From the IMG/VR virus record IMGVR_UViG_3300028844_007948, positions 1-64,000 of that record: DNA of 64,000 nucleotides; one strand, given 5' to 3'. This document shows, piece by piece, positions 1 to 8,642 of this stretch (position 1 is its first letter; each line of letters opens with the position of its first letter). The notes beneath the pieces are model-generated. The model searched no databases. It was not told the origin of the DNA and saw only the letters and a program-made list of their open reading frames with translations. This DNA is from a virus. The position numbers and the translations under genes are program-made.

Positions 1-405
1 GCAAAGAAAACAAACAACCCTTACGGAAAGATTCTAAAGAAAACAAAGCTATTAGCAAACATTGGTTTTCATTACAAGAATTCTTTAAACAACCAAGCAA
101 AAAGAGAAGGTAAGGAAATTGACTTTGACATTAAGCCGCGCCGTTGGGGGGTAAGATTGCCTAATACTCCTTTAGTAGAACATAAAGGAAAACATTATTT
201 AGAATACAAAGCGGAAAACGTTCAAAGTGTAGAATACTATACAGAACAAGGGGAAGAATTGACAAAAGAACAAGTACAAGAATTCTTACCTAAGAAAAGC
301 ACGTCTTCCACCCAAAGAGAATTGACAAAGAAAATCATCTTGCGAGACGTTGCGATTGAAAACATTCTTTCTTTAAGGATAAGTAAAAAGGTTTTCCTTG
401 GTTAA
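1..405 (+). CDS. Conserved phage hypothetical protein, 5'-truncated (frame is open from base 1)
   Basis: Frame 1 is open from base 1 (AKKTNNPYGKILKKT...YKNSLNNQAKREG...PRRWGVRLPNTPLVEHKGKHYL), so the TTG start at 157 in the track is internal. The NPY...WG..R...TPLVEHKG..YL pattern resembles a common phage hypothetical family. Confidence 0.8.
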   Translation, partial: AKKTNNPYGKILKKTKLLANIGFHYKNSLNNQAKREGKEIDFDIKPRRWGVRLPNTPLVEHKGKHYLEYKAENVQSVEYYTEQGEELTKEQVQEFLPKKSTSSTQRELTKKIILRDVAIENILSLRISKKVFLG

Positions 406-412
406 TGTTAGC

Positions 413-437
413 GCCCCCCGAAAGGGGGGCTTTTTTT
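413..437 (+). terminator. Rho-independent terminator
   Basis: GCCCCCC-GAAA-GGGGGGC hairpin followed by T7, just after the stop at 405. Confidence 0.92.
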
Positions 438-445
438 ATGCCTAC

Positions 446-503
446 AAATAGAAAAGAAAACAAATAGAACAAAATAGGAAATAAACTAAATAGAAGGAAA
501 TAG
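446..503. repeat. Five AAATAG direct repeats in a purine-rich spacer
   Basis: AAATAG at 446, 462, 472, 488 and 498. Confidence 0.5.
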
Positions 504-518
504 AAAGAGAGAGAAAGA

Positions 519-683
519 ATGATTCATACTTACTTTAAACTATACAAAAGAAAAACCAACGTCCTCGCTTTTGTTTTGGGAGCTTGCCTAGGCTTGGCTA
601 TTGCTTGGGGTTTGCTCGCTTTCCTAGGCTCTCCTTGGATTGCCTTGTTTGACTTGGTTTGCCTTGCTCTTTCTTGCTCTTGA
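519..683 (+). CDS. Small membrane protein, 54 aa (not in ORF track)
   Basis: MIHTYFKLYKRKTNVLAFVLGACLGLAIAWGLLAFLGSPWIALFDLVCLALSCS*: basic N-terminus followed by 1-2 hydrophobic helices. Confidence 0.5.
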   Translation: MIHTYFKLYKRKTNVLAFVLGACLGLAIAWGLLAFLGSPWIALFDLVCLALSCS

Positions 684-749
684 AAGGTTGCTTTCTTTCA
701 ATCAATTTGAACTCTTTTTAAACTAGACAAAGAAAAAGTTGCTATGCTC

Positions 750-778
750 TTGACGTTTTAAAACAATTAGTTTATTCT
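750..778 (+). promoter_or_regulatory. sigma70-type promoter, probably giving a leaderless mRNA
   Basis: TTGACG(750-755)-N17-TATTCT(773-778); ATG at 787. Confidence 0.7.
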
Positions 779-786
779 TTGTTTAT

Positions 787-939
787 ATGATTAAGAAATT
801 GACTTCCAAACTTCACGACCTTTACCACGTAGGTTTTGCCTCAACTTGTTTAGTGTTCAACCTAGACTCAAACATTTGGTTCTTTGCGAGCCTTGTTTAT
901 TTGATCATAAGCCTTTTCGATCTCGTAACTAACAACTAA
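787..939 (+). CDS. Small membrane protein, 50 aa (not in ORF track)
   Basis: MIKKLTSKLHDLYHVGFASTCLVFNLDSNIWFFASLVYLIISLFDLVTNN*, starting at the predicted transcription start. Confidence 0.65.
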   Translation: MIKKLTSKLHDLYHVGFASTCLVFNLDSNIWFFASLVYLIISLFDLVTNN

Positions 940-962
940 CCCAAAAAAAAGGAAAAAGTACC

Positions 963-1925
963 ATGTACATCATTAACAACAACAACGGAAAAACAGAAGT
1001 AGAAACCTCTCAAGTTGAGAGCATTGCCAATGCAGTAGAAACCTCAATGAGAGAGTTTAAACTGCATGACGTAAGCGAGCAAGCCGACGTCAATGGCATA
1101 CTTGAGCAACTCAATGTTGGAGAGTATTCAACTCGCTCTCTTGATCACGTCTGCCAAGGCTTCAAACTTATCAAGGATGATCGAGACGAGCCTTTGACAA
1201 TCGTAAGTTCAACCTATGATCTCTTGCAACCTCTTGAGGCTTTTGCTTTCCTCGATTGCCTCAAGGATGAATTGAGCTTTTCTTATGAGAAAGCGGGCTT
1301 TCTTCACAATGGACGTCAGCTTTTCATCCAAGGCTCTCTTGGTAACTTTGAAGTACCAACCTCAAGCCAAAGGAGAAAAGGAGATATTCTAAACAAAAGA
1401 ATTGTCGCCAAAACCTCTTTTGATGGTTCGATTGCGACAACCATTGCGATTGAGATTTTGAGAGTATGGTGCGACAATGGTTGCGCCTCTTGGGAGAGCG
1501 ACAATGCGATTGCTAAGGTAAAGCATACTCGCAACCAACGTCAGCTCATGAGATATGCTCTTGAGCAAGCAACGGGAGTCAAACAAGTAATTCAAAACCT
1601 TGAGAGCGACATTGCAACCTTGAGCAACGTTGAAGTCAATCAAGAGCAGTTCAATCGTATCAATGAGCTTGTTTTCAAGGGAGAGAGCAAGAGAGCTGAA
1701 AACGTGAGAGATCAAGTTGCTAGTCAATTCCACAATGAGCGCTTGGGAGCTTTTGGGGAAAGCGCTTGGGACGTACTCAATGCTTTTACAGCATATCAAA
1801 CTCATGATCGAGTTGTGAGAGAAACCAAGCAAACCTCAAGAGAGGAAAATGCTTTCCGCGCTCAAGGAGATCAAACCTTTTCAAGAAAGGTTCGCAAGGC
1901 AATCCAAGAGGTTCTTTCAGTATGA
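963..1925 (+). CDS. DUF932 / TIGR03299-like phage-plasmid protein
   Basis: Motifs VSSTYDLLQPLEAFAF, AGFLHNGRQLF, TSFDGS, RVWCDNG, KVKHT, GESAWDVLNAFTAY..H; AAGGA SD upstream. Confidence 0.85.
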   Translation: MYIINNNNGKTEVETSQVESIANAVETSMREFKLHDVSEQADVNGILEQLNVGEYSTRSLDHVCQGFKLIKDDRDEPLTIVSSTYDLLQPLEAFAFLDCLKDELSFSYEKAGFLHNGRQLFIQGSLGNFEVPTSSQRRKGDILNKRIVAKTSFDGSIATTIAIEILRVWCDNGCASWESDNAIAKVKHTRNQRQLMRYALEQATGVKQVIQNLESDIATLSNVEVNQEQFNRINELVFKGESKRAENVRDQVASQFHNERLGAFGESAWDVLNAFTAYQTHDRVVRETKQTSREENAFRAQGDQTFSRKVRKAIQEVLSV

Positions 1926-1978
1926 TGCTCATTGTCTTGATCGGAGTTGCTTGCTTATTAGCTAGTCAATTCAATTAG
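1922..1978 (+). CDS. Possible 18-aa hydrophobic peptide, translationally coupled
   Basis: ATGA overlap with the DUF932 stop; MMLIVLIGVACLLASQFN*; ends just before the terminator. Confidence 0.35.
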   Translation: MMLIVLIGVACLLASQFN

Positions 1979-1992
1979 ATCATAAAAACCTC

Positions 1993-2021
1993 AAGCTCTC
2001 CGAAAGGAGAGCTTTTTTTTT
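1993..2021 (+). terminator. Rho-independent terminator
   Basis: AAGCTCTCC-GAAA-GGAGAGCTT followed by a T-run. Confidence 0.92.
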
Positions 2022-2034
2022 GCCTTGATTTCTA

Positions 2035-2165
2035 CCCCCCCCATTTTACCAAAAAATTGACCGATCCGACTTTACGAGATGCGCGCGGGGGCCCTATTTT
2101 CAGTATCGAACACAAAAAACTGAATTTCAATATATATGTTGGGGCTGGGCCCCAATACCCCCCCC
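2035..2165. other. Non-coding junction with C/G homopolymer runs and an inverted repeat
   Basis: C8 at 2035-2042, GCGCGCGGGGGCCC near 2081-2094, TTGGGGC-TGG-GCCCCAA at 2139-2155, C8 at 2158-2165; separates two compositionally different regions. Confidence 0.5.
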
Positions 2166-2259
2166 TATTAAACAAAAACTAACAAAAAAGAACAAGAGTA
2201 GTACAAAAACAAAAACAAAAAAAATACAAGGACGATAAATTTAGATAACGCGCGATTTA

Positions 2260-2820
2260 TTAATCGAATGTATACCCGAATTTATCTATCTCCCATTGGG
2301 AGCAAGATGCTACAGCATCAATAAGCATGTCATCATACATATGTTGATATTCTCTATTAGGCCTAATAGATTCAAGAGTTCTATTTTCTATTTTTGGACT
2401 TTTCACTCCAAGTTTATCGCATATAACTTTCATGTCTTTTTCCACATGTTCTTGTCTAACAAAGTGGTCTATAATACATGTCGAACAAAAATGAAATTTG
2501 CAATATAAGGAAACTATAGGGCTTGAAATTTTACCAGATAAAACAAAATCTTTAAAATTTAATTGTTTTAATTCCTTGTGGTGAGTTTTTGCATGATAAT
2601 AATAAGATACGGCTCTGTCCCAAGGATTACGAACCGAACCTATTTTAAAATAAGAATCAAAATCATTCCCTATTTCTCTTTTCCATTCATATGCATTCCA
2701 ATGAGCAGAACTTTTTGGTATGATATAATCTGGGCAATGTTTTTTGAGTAACATCTTTATTGATCCTCCAGCACATTTCTGTGCATGAAGAAATAATATC
2801 TTCGAATCAGGTATATACAT
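2260..2820 (-). CDS. Sulfotransferase family 2 protein
   Basis: 5'-PSB loop FLHAQKCAGGSI; 3'-PB motif VRNPWDRAVSYY; C-terminal YDD...EIDKFGYTF. Confidence 0.88.
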   Translation of the reverse strand: MYIPDSKILFLHAQKCAGGSIKMLLKKHCPDYIIPKSSAHWNAYEWKREIGNDFDSYFKIGSVRNPWDRAVSYYYHAKTHHKELKQLNFKDFVLSGKISSPIVSLYCKFHFCSTCIIDHFVRQEHVEKDMKVICDKLGVKSPKIENRTLESIRPNREYQHMYDDMLIDAVASCSQWEIDKFGYTFD

Positions 2821-2827
2821 AAATGTA

Positions 2828-3532
2828 TTACTTAAAAGTATAATTCTTAATTTTTATAGTTTGATGGTCTTTAGCTGAAACCATATCAATCAATTCTTGA
2901 GTATAAAATTTATAATAATCAAGACCTAAAGAATTATAATTAAAATCATTATCATGTCTTAACTTTGATTGAGCATCAATGTTTAATTTACCACAAACAT
3001 AAGAAAAATCTTTCTCAAAGCTATCAAAATCCATCAAATAATCTAAAATAACACTTCCGTATTCATCTGTATAATAATCAGATTGAGGTTCATGATCGTA
3101 AACGATTTTTTTGAAAGCTGCTTCATATGACCCCCAATTATCAAAAAAGCCCGCGATATTCTCCATATTTCTCTCTGTCTGTATTCGCCAATCGAGAAAA
3201 TGATCTTCTGGTTTTCCCTCCGCCCTCATCGACTTTTGAGTTTTATTAAAAAATTGCTCTCTTCTGTGAGGGTCAAGAAAAGTTTCTAATCTTTGCACTC
3301 GCATACAAAAATTACTCCAGATTCTTTCCCAAGGATTTCTTACGACTGTAAACTTAAAGTATTCCGTCCACTCTTCATCAGAAAATATTTTTTTTGCTTG
3401 GAGTGCTGTTTTTTGACTGGCACTTGTGCCGTTTATAAGTTGACCCCTGAATAATTGAAATGTTTTTTTAATAGAAACAGATCCTGTCTTAGGGATGGAT
3501 ATGTAGATGAATTTAGTTTGAATAGATCTCAT
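2828..3532 (-). CDS. Sulfotransferase family 2 protein
   Basis: YISIPKTGSVSI, FTVVRNPWERIWS, HEPQSDY, C-terminal NYTF. Confidence 0.85.
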   Translation of the reverse strand: MRSIQTKFIYISIPKTGSVSIKKTFQLFRGQLINGTSASQKTALQAKKIFSDEEWTEYFKFTVVRNPWERIWSNFCMRVQRLETFLDPHRREQFFNKTQKSMRAEGKPEDHFLDWRIQTERNMENIAGFFDNWGSYEAAFKKIVYDHEPQSDYYTDEYGSVILDYLMDFDSFEKDFSYVCGKLNIDAQSKLRHDNDFNYNSLGLDYYKFYTQELIDMVSAKDHQTIKIKNYTFK

Positions 3533-3806
3533 TATGATATAATATTATGATATAATATTTCTTTTAAATTTACTTTCAACATATTTTTCCTTCATATTTG
3601 TATTTATAGGCTAAACTTGACATTTTTATTATAATTCCACGCATTTTGTTATTGCAGTGAGCCTATTTTAGAATTGCCATATATAACATATAATAACGAA
3701 AAAAAAAAATTTTAAAAAGCTCGATATAAATTTATAGCGGCGGCGAAGACGGAACAAAAATGACAGGACGAAAGCCCTAAAAAACTTAAAAAGTGAAGGG
3801 TTTTAA

Positions 3807-3811
3807 GTGTA
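3807..3811 (+). promoter_or_regulatory. GTGTA putative late-promoter element
   Basis: GTGTA 9 nt before the ATG at 3821; recurs upstream of many structural genes. Confidence 0.6.
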
Positions 3812-3820
3812 ACCATTATT

Positions 3821-4123
3821 ATGGTAATAATAGATGCAGAATTATCTGCTCCACCTAGTGAGGTCTGCCTGTTTAGGGATATAACATTGTATTCAAATTT
3901 TTTTTTAAACAAAGAGACGGTCCTAGAGTGTCCCAAGGAAGAAAGGGATTATTACTATAAATGGCTTAAGAATATGTCGGCATGGGATTATGTGATTGAT
4001 TTCGTCAACCCCAAAACTGAAATAGGGATAACTATAAGACCAAGTGAAGCGAATATTCTTATAGATAAAATTGATTATGGTAATTTCAATTTGGTTATAC
4101 ATAAACTACAAACCTTAACTTAA
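3821..4123 (+). CDS. Hypothetical phage protein
   Basis: 100-aa ORF preceded by GTGTA; no recognised motif. Confidence 0.7.
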   Translation: MVIIDAELSAPPSEVCLFRDITLYSNFFLNKETVLECPKEERDYYYKWLKNMSAWDYVIDFVNPKTEIGITIRPSEANILIDKIDYGNFNLVIHKLQTLT

Positions 4124-4164
4124 TTTTAAATAGATTTTTAAAAGAAAAAAAATACCATAAGGTT

Positions 4165-5250
4165 ATGGGCAAATTAGAAATCATAAGCCAAGACCAAGAA
4201 GAAGTCGATGCACTTGGAAGTGTTTACTCTGAAGCTAAATTTGATAGATCAAGACTGGAAGGCACGCTAAGTTTTGCAAACAAAGAGTGGTTGACATTAC
4301 TGTCGGCTCAAGATACTGCAAGCGGACGCATTAAGGAGGGCACGGTGGGAATAGGGAGGGCTACGAGAAAATTAGAAAGGTTATCAAAAGGAGCATTAAA
4401 AAGGGTTAGAAATTTCGGGGAATTTGATTGCATCAAAATTGTAAGCTTTTTTTCTTATGGAGTTTATTGTCATAACATAATAGACACAATACCCGTATTA
4501 ATGGGAATGGATGAGATGGAAGATTGTGAATTAGTTTTAGTTAAATCAGAACCTTCTGTAATAAAGATGATCAAAGGTTTAAATATAAAATTTAAAAAAG
4601 TAAAATTCGTATCAGGAGCAAAAGATAATTATATAAAAGCAAGAAAAGTGATTCTTTATCATCATCATAATGCTCACACAAGAAGAAAGGAAGACATAAT
4701 AAAATTTAAAGAAAAAATCGATTACGAAACGATAAAACTAAGAGGAGAGCATCGAAAAAAATTAATATACTGCACTAGGAATGTAGGGGGGGGAGCCCTC
4801 CACGGGAGGCAAATTGAAGAAAAATGCGAGACAAGGATAATATCAATACTTAAAGCTCATGCAAGAGTAAATGATTTAGATTTTGTTTTGTTTACAGGAT
4901 GGAAAGATATAGAAAAGCAGGAGAGACTCTCTTTCCTTGAGCAAATGACTTTATTCAGCAAGGCAAAAATAGTAGTTGGGCCTCATGGTGGAGCAATGGT
5001 GAATATAATTGGATGCTTAGAATCTAACGATTGTTACATTGCAGAATTTAGCAGTGGCAAAATACCATGCCAAGGAAAAAGGTCTAAGCTTTTTGGTAAA
5101 AATTACAGTAAATTATTATCTTTTCACCCTGAAGAGATCATGAATTACTATTTGATACCTTTTTCGGAGGGGTCAGGACAAAGCAAGACTTTGATAGATT
5201 TGAAGCATTTAAGACAATTTCTCAAATATGCAAGAGATAGTAAGCCATAA
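4165..5250 (+). CDS. Glycosyltransferase family 61-like protein
   Basis: YCHNIIDTIP, IYCTRN, LSFLEQMTLFSKAKIVVGPHGGAMVN (GT61 EQ...GxHGA motif). Confidence 0.8.
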   Translation: MGKLEIISQDQEEVDALGSVYSEAKFDRSRLEGTLSFANKEWLTLLSAQDTASGRIKEGTVGIGRATRKLERLSKGALKRVRNFGEFDCIKIVSFFSYGVYCHNIIDTIPVLMGMDEMEDCELVLVKSEPSVIKMIKGLNIKFKKVKFVSGAKDNYIKARKVILYHHHNAHTRRKEDIIKFKEKIDYETIKLRGEHRKKLIYCTRNVGGGALHGRQIEEKCETRIISILKAHARVNDLDFVLFTGWKDIEKQERLSFLEQMTLFSKAKIVVGPHGGAMVNIIGCLESNDCYIAEFSSGKIPCQGKRSKLFGKNYSKLLSFHPEEIMNYYLIPFSEGSGQSKTLIDLKHLRQFLKYARDSKP

Positions 5251-6268
5251 CCCAAAAGAATATACATCTATATTATACCCTCCTCCCCCACACCAGGAAA
5301 TAAAAGATTTTAGGGAATATGATAACGACGATAGATACAGATACTACGGCGTGGTAAACCAAAGCATAGACAGAAGGCAAAGGCTTTTTGTTACAGAATA
5401 TTGGGATGAGGAGTACAGTAAGTTGAAGTGGCAAGGTCCTGATGTACCAAAATATAATTCAGTATTAATATTGAACATGCCTTATGACAAATCTTATTGT
5501 CATAATATGCTAGATACTCTACCTCTAATATTTAATTTAGAACTTAAAAGTCATTATGATTTAATAATCATACCAAATACAAACTTTTTAGAAAAATTTT
5601 ATTTGGAATTAAATTTAGTCCTAAAAAAAACAATAATATTAAAAACTCATACGAGTTTTCAAGCTAAAAATGTTAGAACAGAAAACTACTGCATAAAAGC
5701 TAGAGATGTTAAAAACTTAATTCAGTTCAAAGGTTTTGTAGAAAAATACAAAAGTAAAACAAAAATAAAAGAATCAAAAAATCAAAAAAAATTCATATAT
5801 TGCACCAGGAATTCTGGAGGGGGAGCATTTAATAATAGAAGGGTGGACGATTTAAATGAAGGCGAATTGATATTATTATCAGAAAAATACTGCAAAGAAA
5901 AAGGTCTAGATTTTGTTTATTTTAACTGTAAGAATGCGAGTGGAACAAGAAACTTAAAGATAATTGAGCAGATGAGTCTTTTTCATGATGCAAAAATAGT
6001 AGTTGGGCCTCATGGCGGAGCGTTGTCAAACTTAATATTTCTTGATCCCAGAAATAAATGCAAAGTGGCAGAGTTTGTGTCTGGGGAAATGAGTAAAGGT
6101 GTTCATGGAGTCAAGCCTTATGTTAAAAATTACAATAGGCTTTACTGTAACATAATAGATCAGTTTTGTGATTATTATTTCATTCCATTTTCTAAAGGAT
6201 CAACAAATATGACGACCAAAATAGACCCTGAGGATTTTAAACTTTTTTTAAAAAAAATAGGAAATTAA
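5228..6268 (+). CDS. Glycosyltransferase family 61-like protein (paralog of the upstream gene)
   Basis: YCHNMLDTLP, IYCTRNSGGG, EQMSLFHDAKIVVGPHGGALSNLIF. Confidence 0.82.
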   Translation: MQEIVSHNPKEYTSILYPPPPHQEIKDFREYDNDDRYRYYGVVNQSIDRRQRLFVTEYWDEEYSKLKWQGPDVPKYNSVLILNMPYDKSYCHNMLDTLPLIFNLELKSHYDLIIIPNTNFLEKFYLELNLVLKKTIILKTHTSFQAKNVRTENYCIKARDVKNLIQFKGFVEKYKSKTKIKESKNQKKFIYCTRNSGGGAFNNRRVDDLNEGELILLSEKYCKEKGLDFVYFNCKNASGTRNLKIIEQMSLFHDAKIVVGPHGGALSNLIFLDPRNKCKVAEFVSGEMSKGVHGVKPYVKNYNRLYCNIIDQFCDYYFIPFSKGSTNMTTKIDPEDFKLFLKKIGN

Positions 6269-6294
6269 AAAAAAATAAAAAATTTAAAAAAACA

Positions 6295-6299
6295 GTGTA
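6295..6299 (+). promoter_or_regulatory. GTGTA putative late-promoter element
   Basis: GTGTA upstream of the ATG at 6323. Confidence 0.6.
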
Positions 6300-6322
6300 A
6301 TGTACAACATAGTCTAATTGCA

Positions 6323-7183
6323 ATGAAATACAAAAAACTAGAAATTGATTTAACAGATGAAATTAAAGCAGCCCTCTCTGAAGAAGAGGGAAACCAAGAA
6401 GAAATCCCTCAAGAAGCTTGGGCAGAAGAGAAGAATAAAGGTAAAACATTAAATAAACCATTTAGAACATCAGGTGGGCCTAAGAAATTTTCTGTTTATG
6501 TTAAGAACGAAAAAGGAAACATAATTAAAGTTAACTTTGGAGATCCAAACATGGAGATTAAAAGAGACAGCCCAGAAAGAAGAAAGTCTTTCAGAGCTAG
6601 GCATAACTGTGAAAATCCTGGACCAAAAACAAAAGCAAGATATTGGTCTTGCAAAATGTGGAGCAAGAAAAGTGTCACAAATGTAACTAAAGGCTCAGAA
6701 GAGGAGCTGTTGAAAGATTTAGATGAGTCCGAAGCAGAACTTACTGAAAAACAAAAAAAACTCCCACCTGAAGTCCAAAAGAAAATCTTAAAAAAACAAG
6801 GTAAGGACACTAAAAGCGTAGACAAAAAAGATTCGGAAAAAAAAGACGCTAAAGAAAGCTCAGAAGCCAAACAGGGGCTCTGGGAAAATATCCATAGAAA
6901 AAGACAAAGAATCAAAGATGGATCTGGAGAAAAGATGAGGAAAAAAGGTGACAAAGGAGCTCCAACAGAAAAGCAAATAAAACAAGCTCAAAAGAAAAAA
7001 GAAGAGTCTAAGGCTGAAGAAGAATTTAAACCTCATAAAATGTACGACAAAGATGGAAAAGCATATGACGCTAAAACCAAAGAGGATCATCTCCGTATGA
7101 AGAAAATGGGTTATACTCACGAAGATCCAAAAATGAAGTCTAAAAGCGGTTATAAAACAAAAAGCGGATACAATAAAAAATAA
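6323..7183 (+). CDS. Basic modular protein with a DUF6321-like domain; probable internal head protein
   Basis: LNKPFRTSGGPKKFSVYVKN...VNFGDPNM...RRKSFRARHNC...KARYWSCKMW, plus short Lys-rich modules. Confidence 0.7.
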   Translation: MKYKKLEIDLTDEIKAALSEEEGNQEEIPQEAWAEEKNKGKTLNKPFRTSGGPKKFSVYVKNEKGNIIKVNFGDPNMEIKRDSPERRKSFRARHNCENPGPKTKARYWSCKMWSKKSVTNVTKGSEEELLKDLDESEAELTEKQKKLPPEVQKKILKKQGKDTKSVDKKDSEKKDAKESSEAKQGLWENIHRKRQRIKDGSGEKMRKKGDKGAPTEKQIKQAQKKKEESKAEEEFKPHKMYDKDGKAYDAKTKEDHLRMKKMGYTHEDPKMKSKSGYKTKSGYNKK

Positions 7184-7244
7184 CTAAAAAAACTTTAAAA
7201 ACAGTTTTATTGATTTATAATAAGATTTTACATATTCAATAAAA

Positions 7245-7781
7245 ATGATTAGTTATACTAAAAAATTCTTATTCCAGCACCACGGCAAGTGCGCTGGAAC
7301 TTCAGTCAAAAATGCAATTAAAAAGGCTTTGCCTGAACTTAGATCGGAGCTCAGGGAAACTGGCAAAGGGCATCTCTCATTGGATGATATGTATGATCTA
7401 ATTAGAGAGCGAGGAGAACTACCTAATAAGTATTTTAAGTTTACTATTGTAAGGAATCCCTGGGACAGACTCGTTTCCTGGTATTACCATTGGATTAAGA
7501 TCAATGGTTCAGACATGAAGTTTGAAGATTTTGCTATTCAAAGAAGAATGCCATATAAAAATCTAGAAAAAATGAATTTCATATTACAATTTGAGAATCT
7601 GAAAAAAGATTGGACCAAACTTTGTGCGAGGTTAGACATGCCAAGGATTGGACTTCCTCATATTCAGTATAATACAAATAGGCCGAAAAAAGCCTATCAA
7701 GAATATTATACTGATGAGATTAGAGATCTTGTAGCTACTAGACAAAAAGAGGTTATCGAAAAATTTGACTATAAGTTCTAA
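7245..7781 (+). CDS. Sulfotransferase family 2 protein
   Basis: FQHHGKCAGTSV, FTIVRNPWDRLVSWY, QFENLKKDW, YQEYY...KFDYKF. Confidence 0.88.
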   Translation: MISYTKKFLFQHHGKCAGTSVKNAIKKALPELRSELRETGKGHLSLDDMYDLIRERGELPNKYFKFTIVRNPWDRLVSWYYHWIKINGSDMKFEDFAIQRRMPYKNLEKMNFILQFENLKKDWTKLCARLDMPRIGLPHIQYNTNRPKKAYQEYYTDEIRDLVATRQKEVIEKFDYKF

Positions 7782-8425
7782 AAAAAAGGCTCGTATATTA
7801 TACTGTCCCAAGGCAAGCATTTGACAATTAAGTCTCCGAGGGGAGTTATGCCTTTTACGAAATGTTTGCTATGAGCTAAATAGCATAAGTCTTGATCTAT
7901 ATTTTCATGTGAATAAATATTTAAATCATACCCCTTTTCCTCACATTGATTAGATAAGCTTTTTACTATTTTAAAACTATCCTCTACAGCTTTCTCGCTG
8001 TAGGAATACTTACCATTAATTTCATTATCCCCAAAGTGCAGAGCGGTCACAGCTGTTACTTTATTAATAGAAAGCTCTGAAATATCTATATGAGAAAAAA
8101 AATCTGAATAAAAATATATAGATTTCTTTTTGGCGAATTCATAGTCCAGCGAGTCCATTATGTCTCCTAATCGAAGTTGTATTACTAACTCGTCATGATC
8201 TGGGGTTTTATATTTTTTTTCTTCAGCATGCTTTCTTAAAATATTTTTAAAAAGTGAATAATCCAACTCTTGCTCTTTTTTTGATAAATATTCAAAGAGT
8301 ATTGTATCCTTATACTTTGGGTTATTCAAAATTTCGGACCTGTCTTTCCGCCACCTTATACCCCAGCCAAAGAATAAGTCGTTCACTCTGTAGTGCTTGT
8401 TAGATTTAAGTTTTTTTATTTTCAT
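7778..8425 (-). CDS. GT11 (fucosyltransferase)-like protein
   Basis: LVIQLRLGD resembles the HxRxGD GDP-sugar binding motif; IDQDLCYLAHSKHFV resembles the GT11 C-terminal motif. Confidence 0.5.
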   Translation of the reverse strand: MKIKKLKSNKHYRVNDLFFGWGIRWRKDRSEILNNPKYKDTILFEYLSKKEQELDYSLFKNILRKHAEEKKYKTPDHDELVIQLRLGDIMDSLDYEFAKKKSIYFYSDFFSHIDISELSINKVTAVTALHFGDNEINGKYSYSEKAVEDSFKIVKSLSNQCEEKGYDLNIYSHENIDQDLCYLAHSKHFVKGITPLGDLIVKCLPWDSIIYEPFF

Positions 8426-8430
8426 TTTGC

Positions 8431-8459
8431 TTGACAGTTCTTACTGTACACTATAAATT
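8431..8459 (+). promoter_or_regulatory. sigma70 promoter (+) overlapping a minus-strand GTGTA element
   Basis: TTGACA(8431-8436)-N17-TAAATT(8454-8459), ATG at 8466. TACAC at 8447-8451 reads GTGTA on the minus strand, upstream of the ORF starting at 8425. Confidence 0.65.
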
Positions 8460-8465
8460 AAAGAT

Positions 8466-8642
8466 ATGAGAATTTCAATAGTATTGCTTTTTATATTAGC
8501 CTTATCCTCTTGCAAAAATAAAAAAAATTATAAATGGGAAGATAAATTGCACAGAACTCAATATCTTGACAGATGGGGGGAATTAGAAAGGATGAGGGAT
8601 CTAGAGAGATACCCCTACAGAAAATCAGAATTATTTTTTTAG
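8466..8642 (+). CDS. Small lipoprotein, 58 aa (not in ORF track)
   Basis: MRISIVLLFILALSS|CKNKKNYKWEDK...SELFF*; LSSC lipobox; leaderless start. Confidence 0.7.
   Translation: MRISIVLLFILALSSCKNKKNYKWEDKLHRTQYLDRWGELERMRDLERYPYRKSELFF

Noticed and set aside
3531-3556. Tandem ATTATGATATAAT duplication
   Set aside because: Short and AT-only; most simply a duplicated -10 region for the gene starting at 3532.
3735-3780. GC-rich intergenic patch containing AGGACGAAA, reminiscent of a hammerhead ribozyme
   Set aside because: No CTGANGA core or pairing stems found; cannot support an ncRNA call without a covariance-model search.
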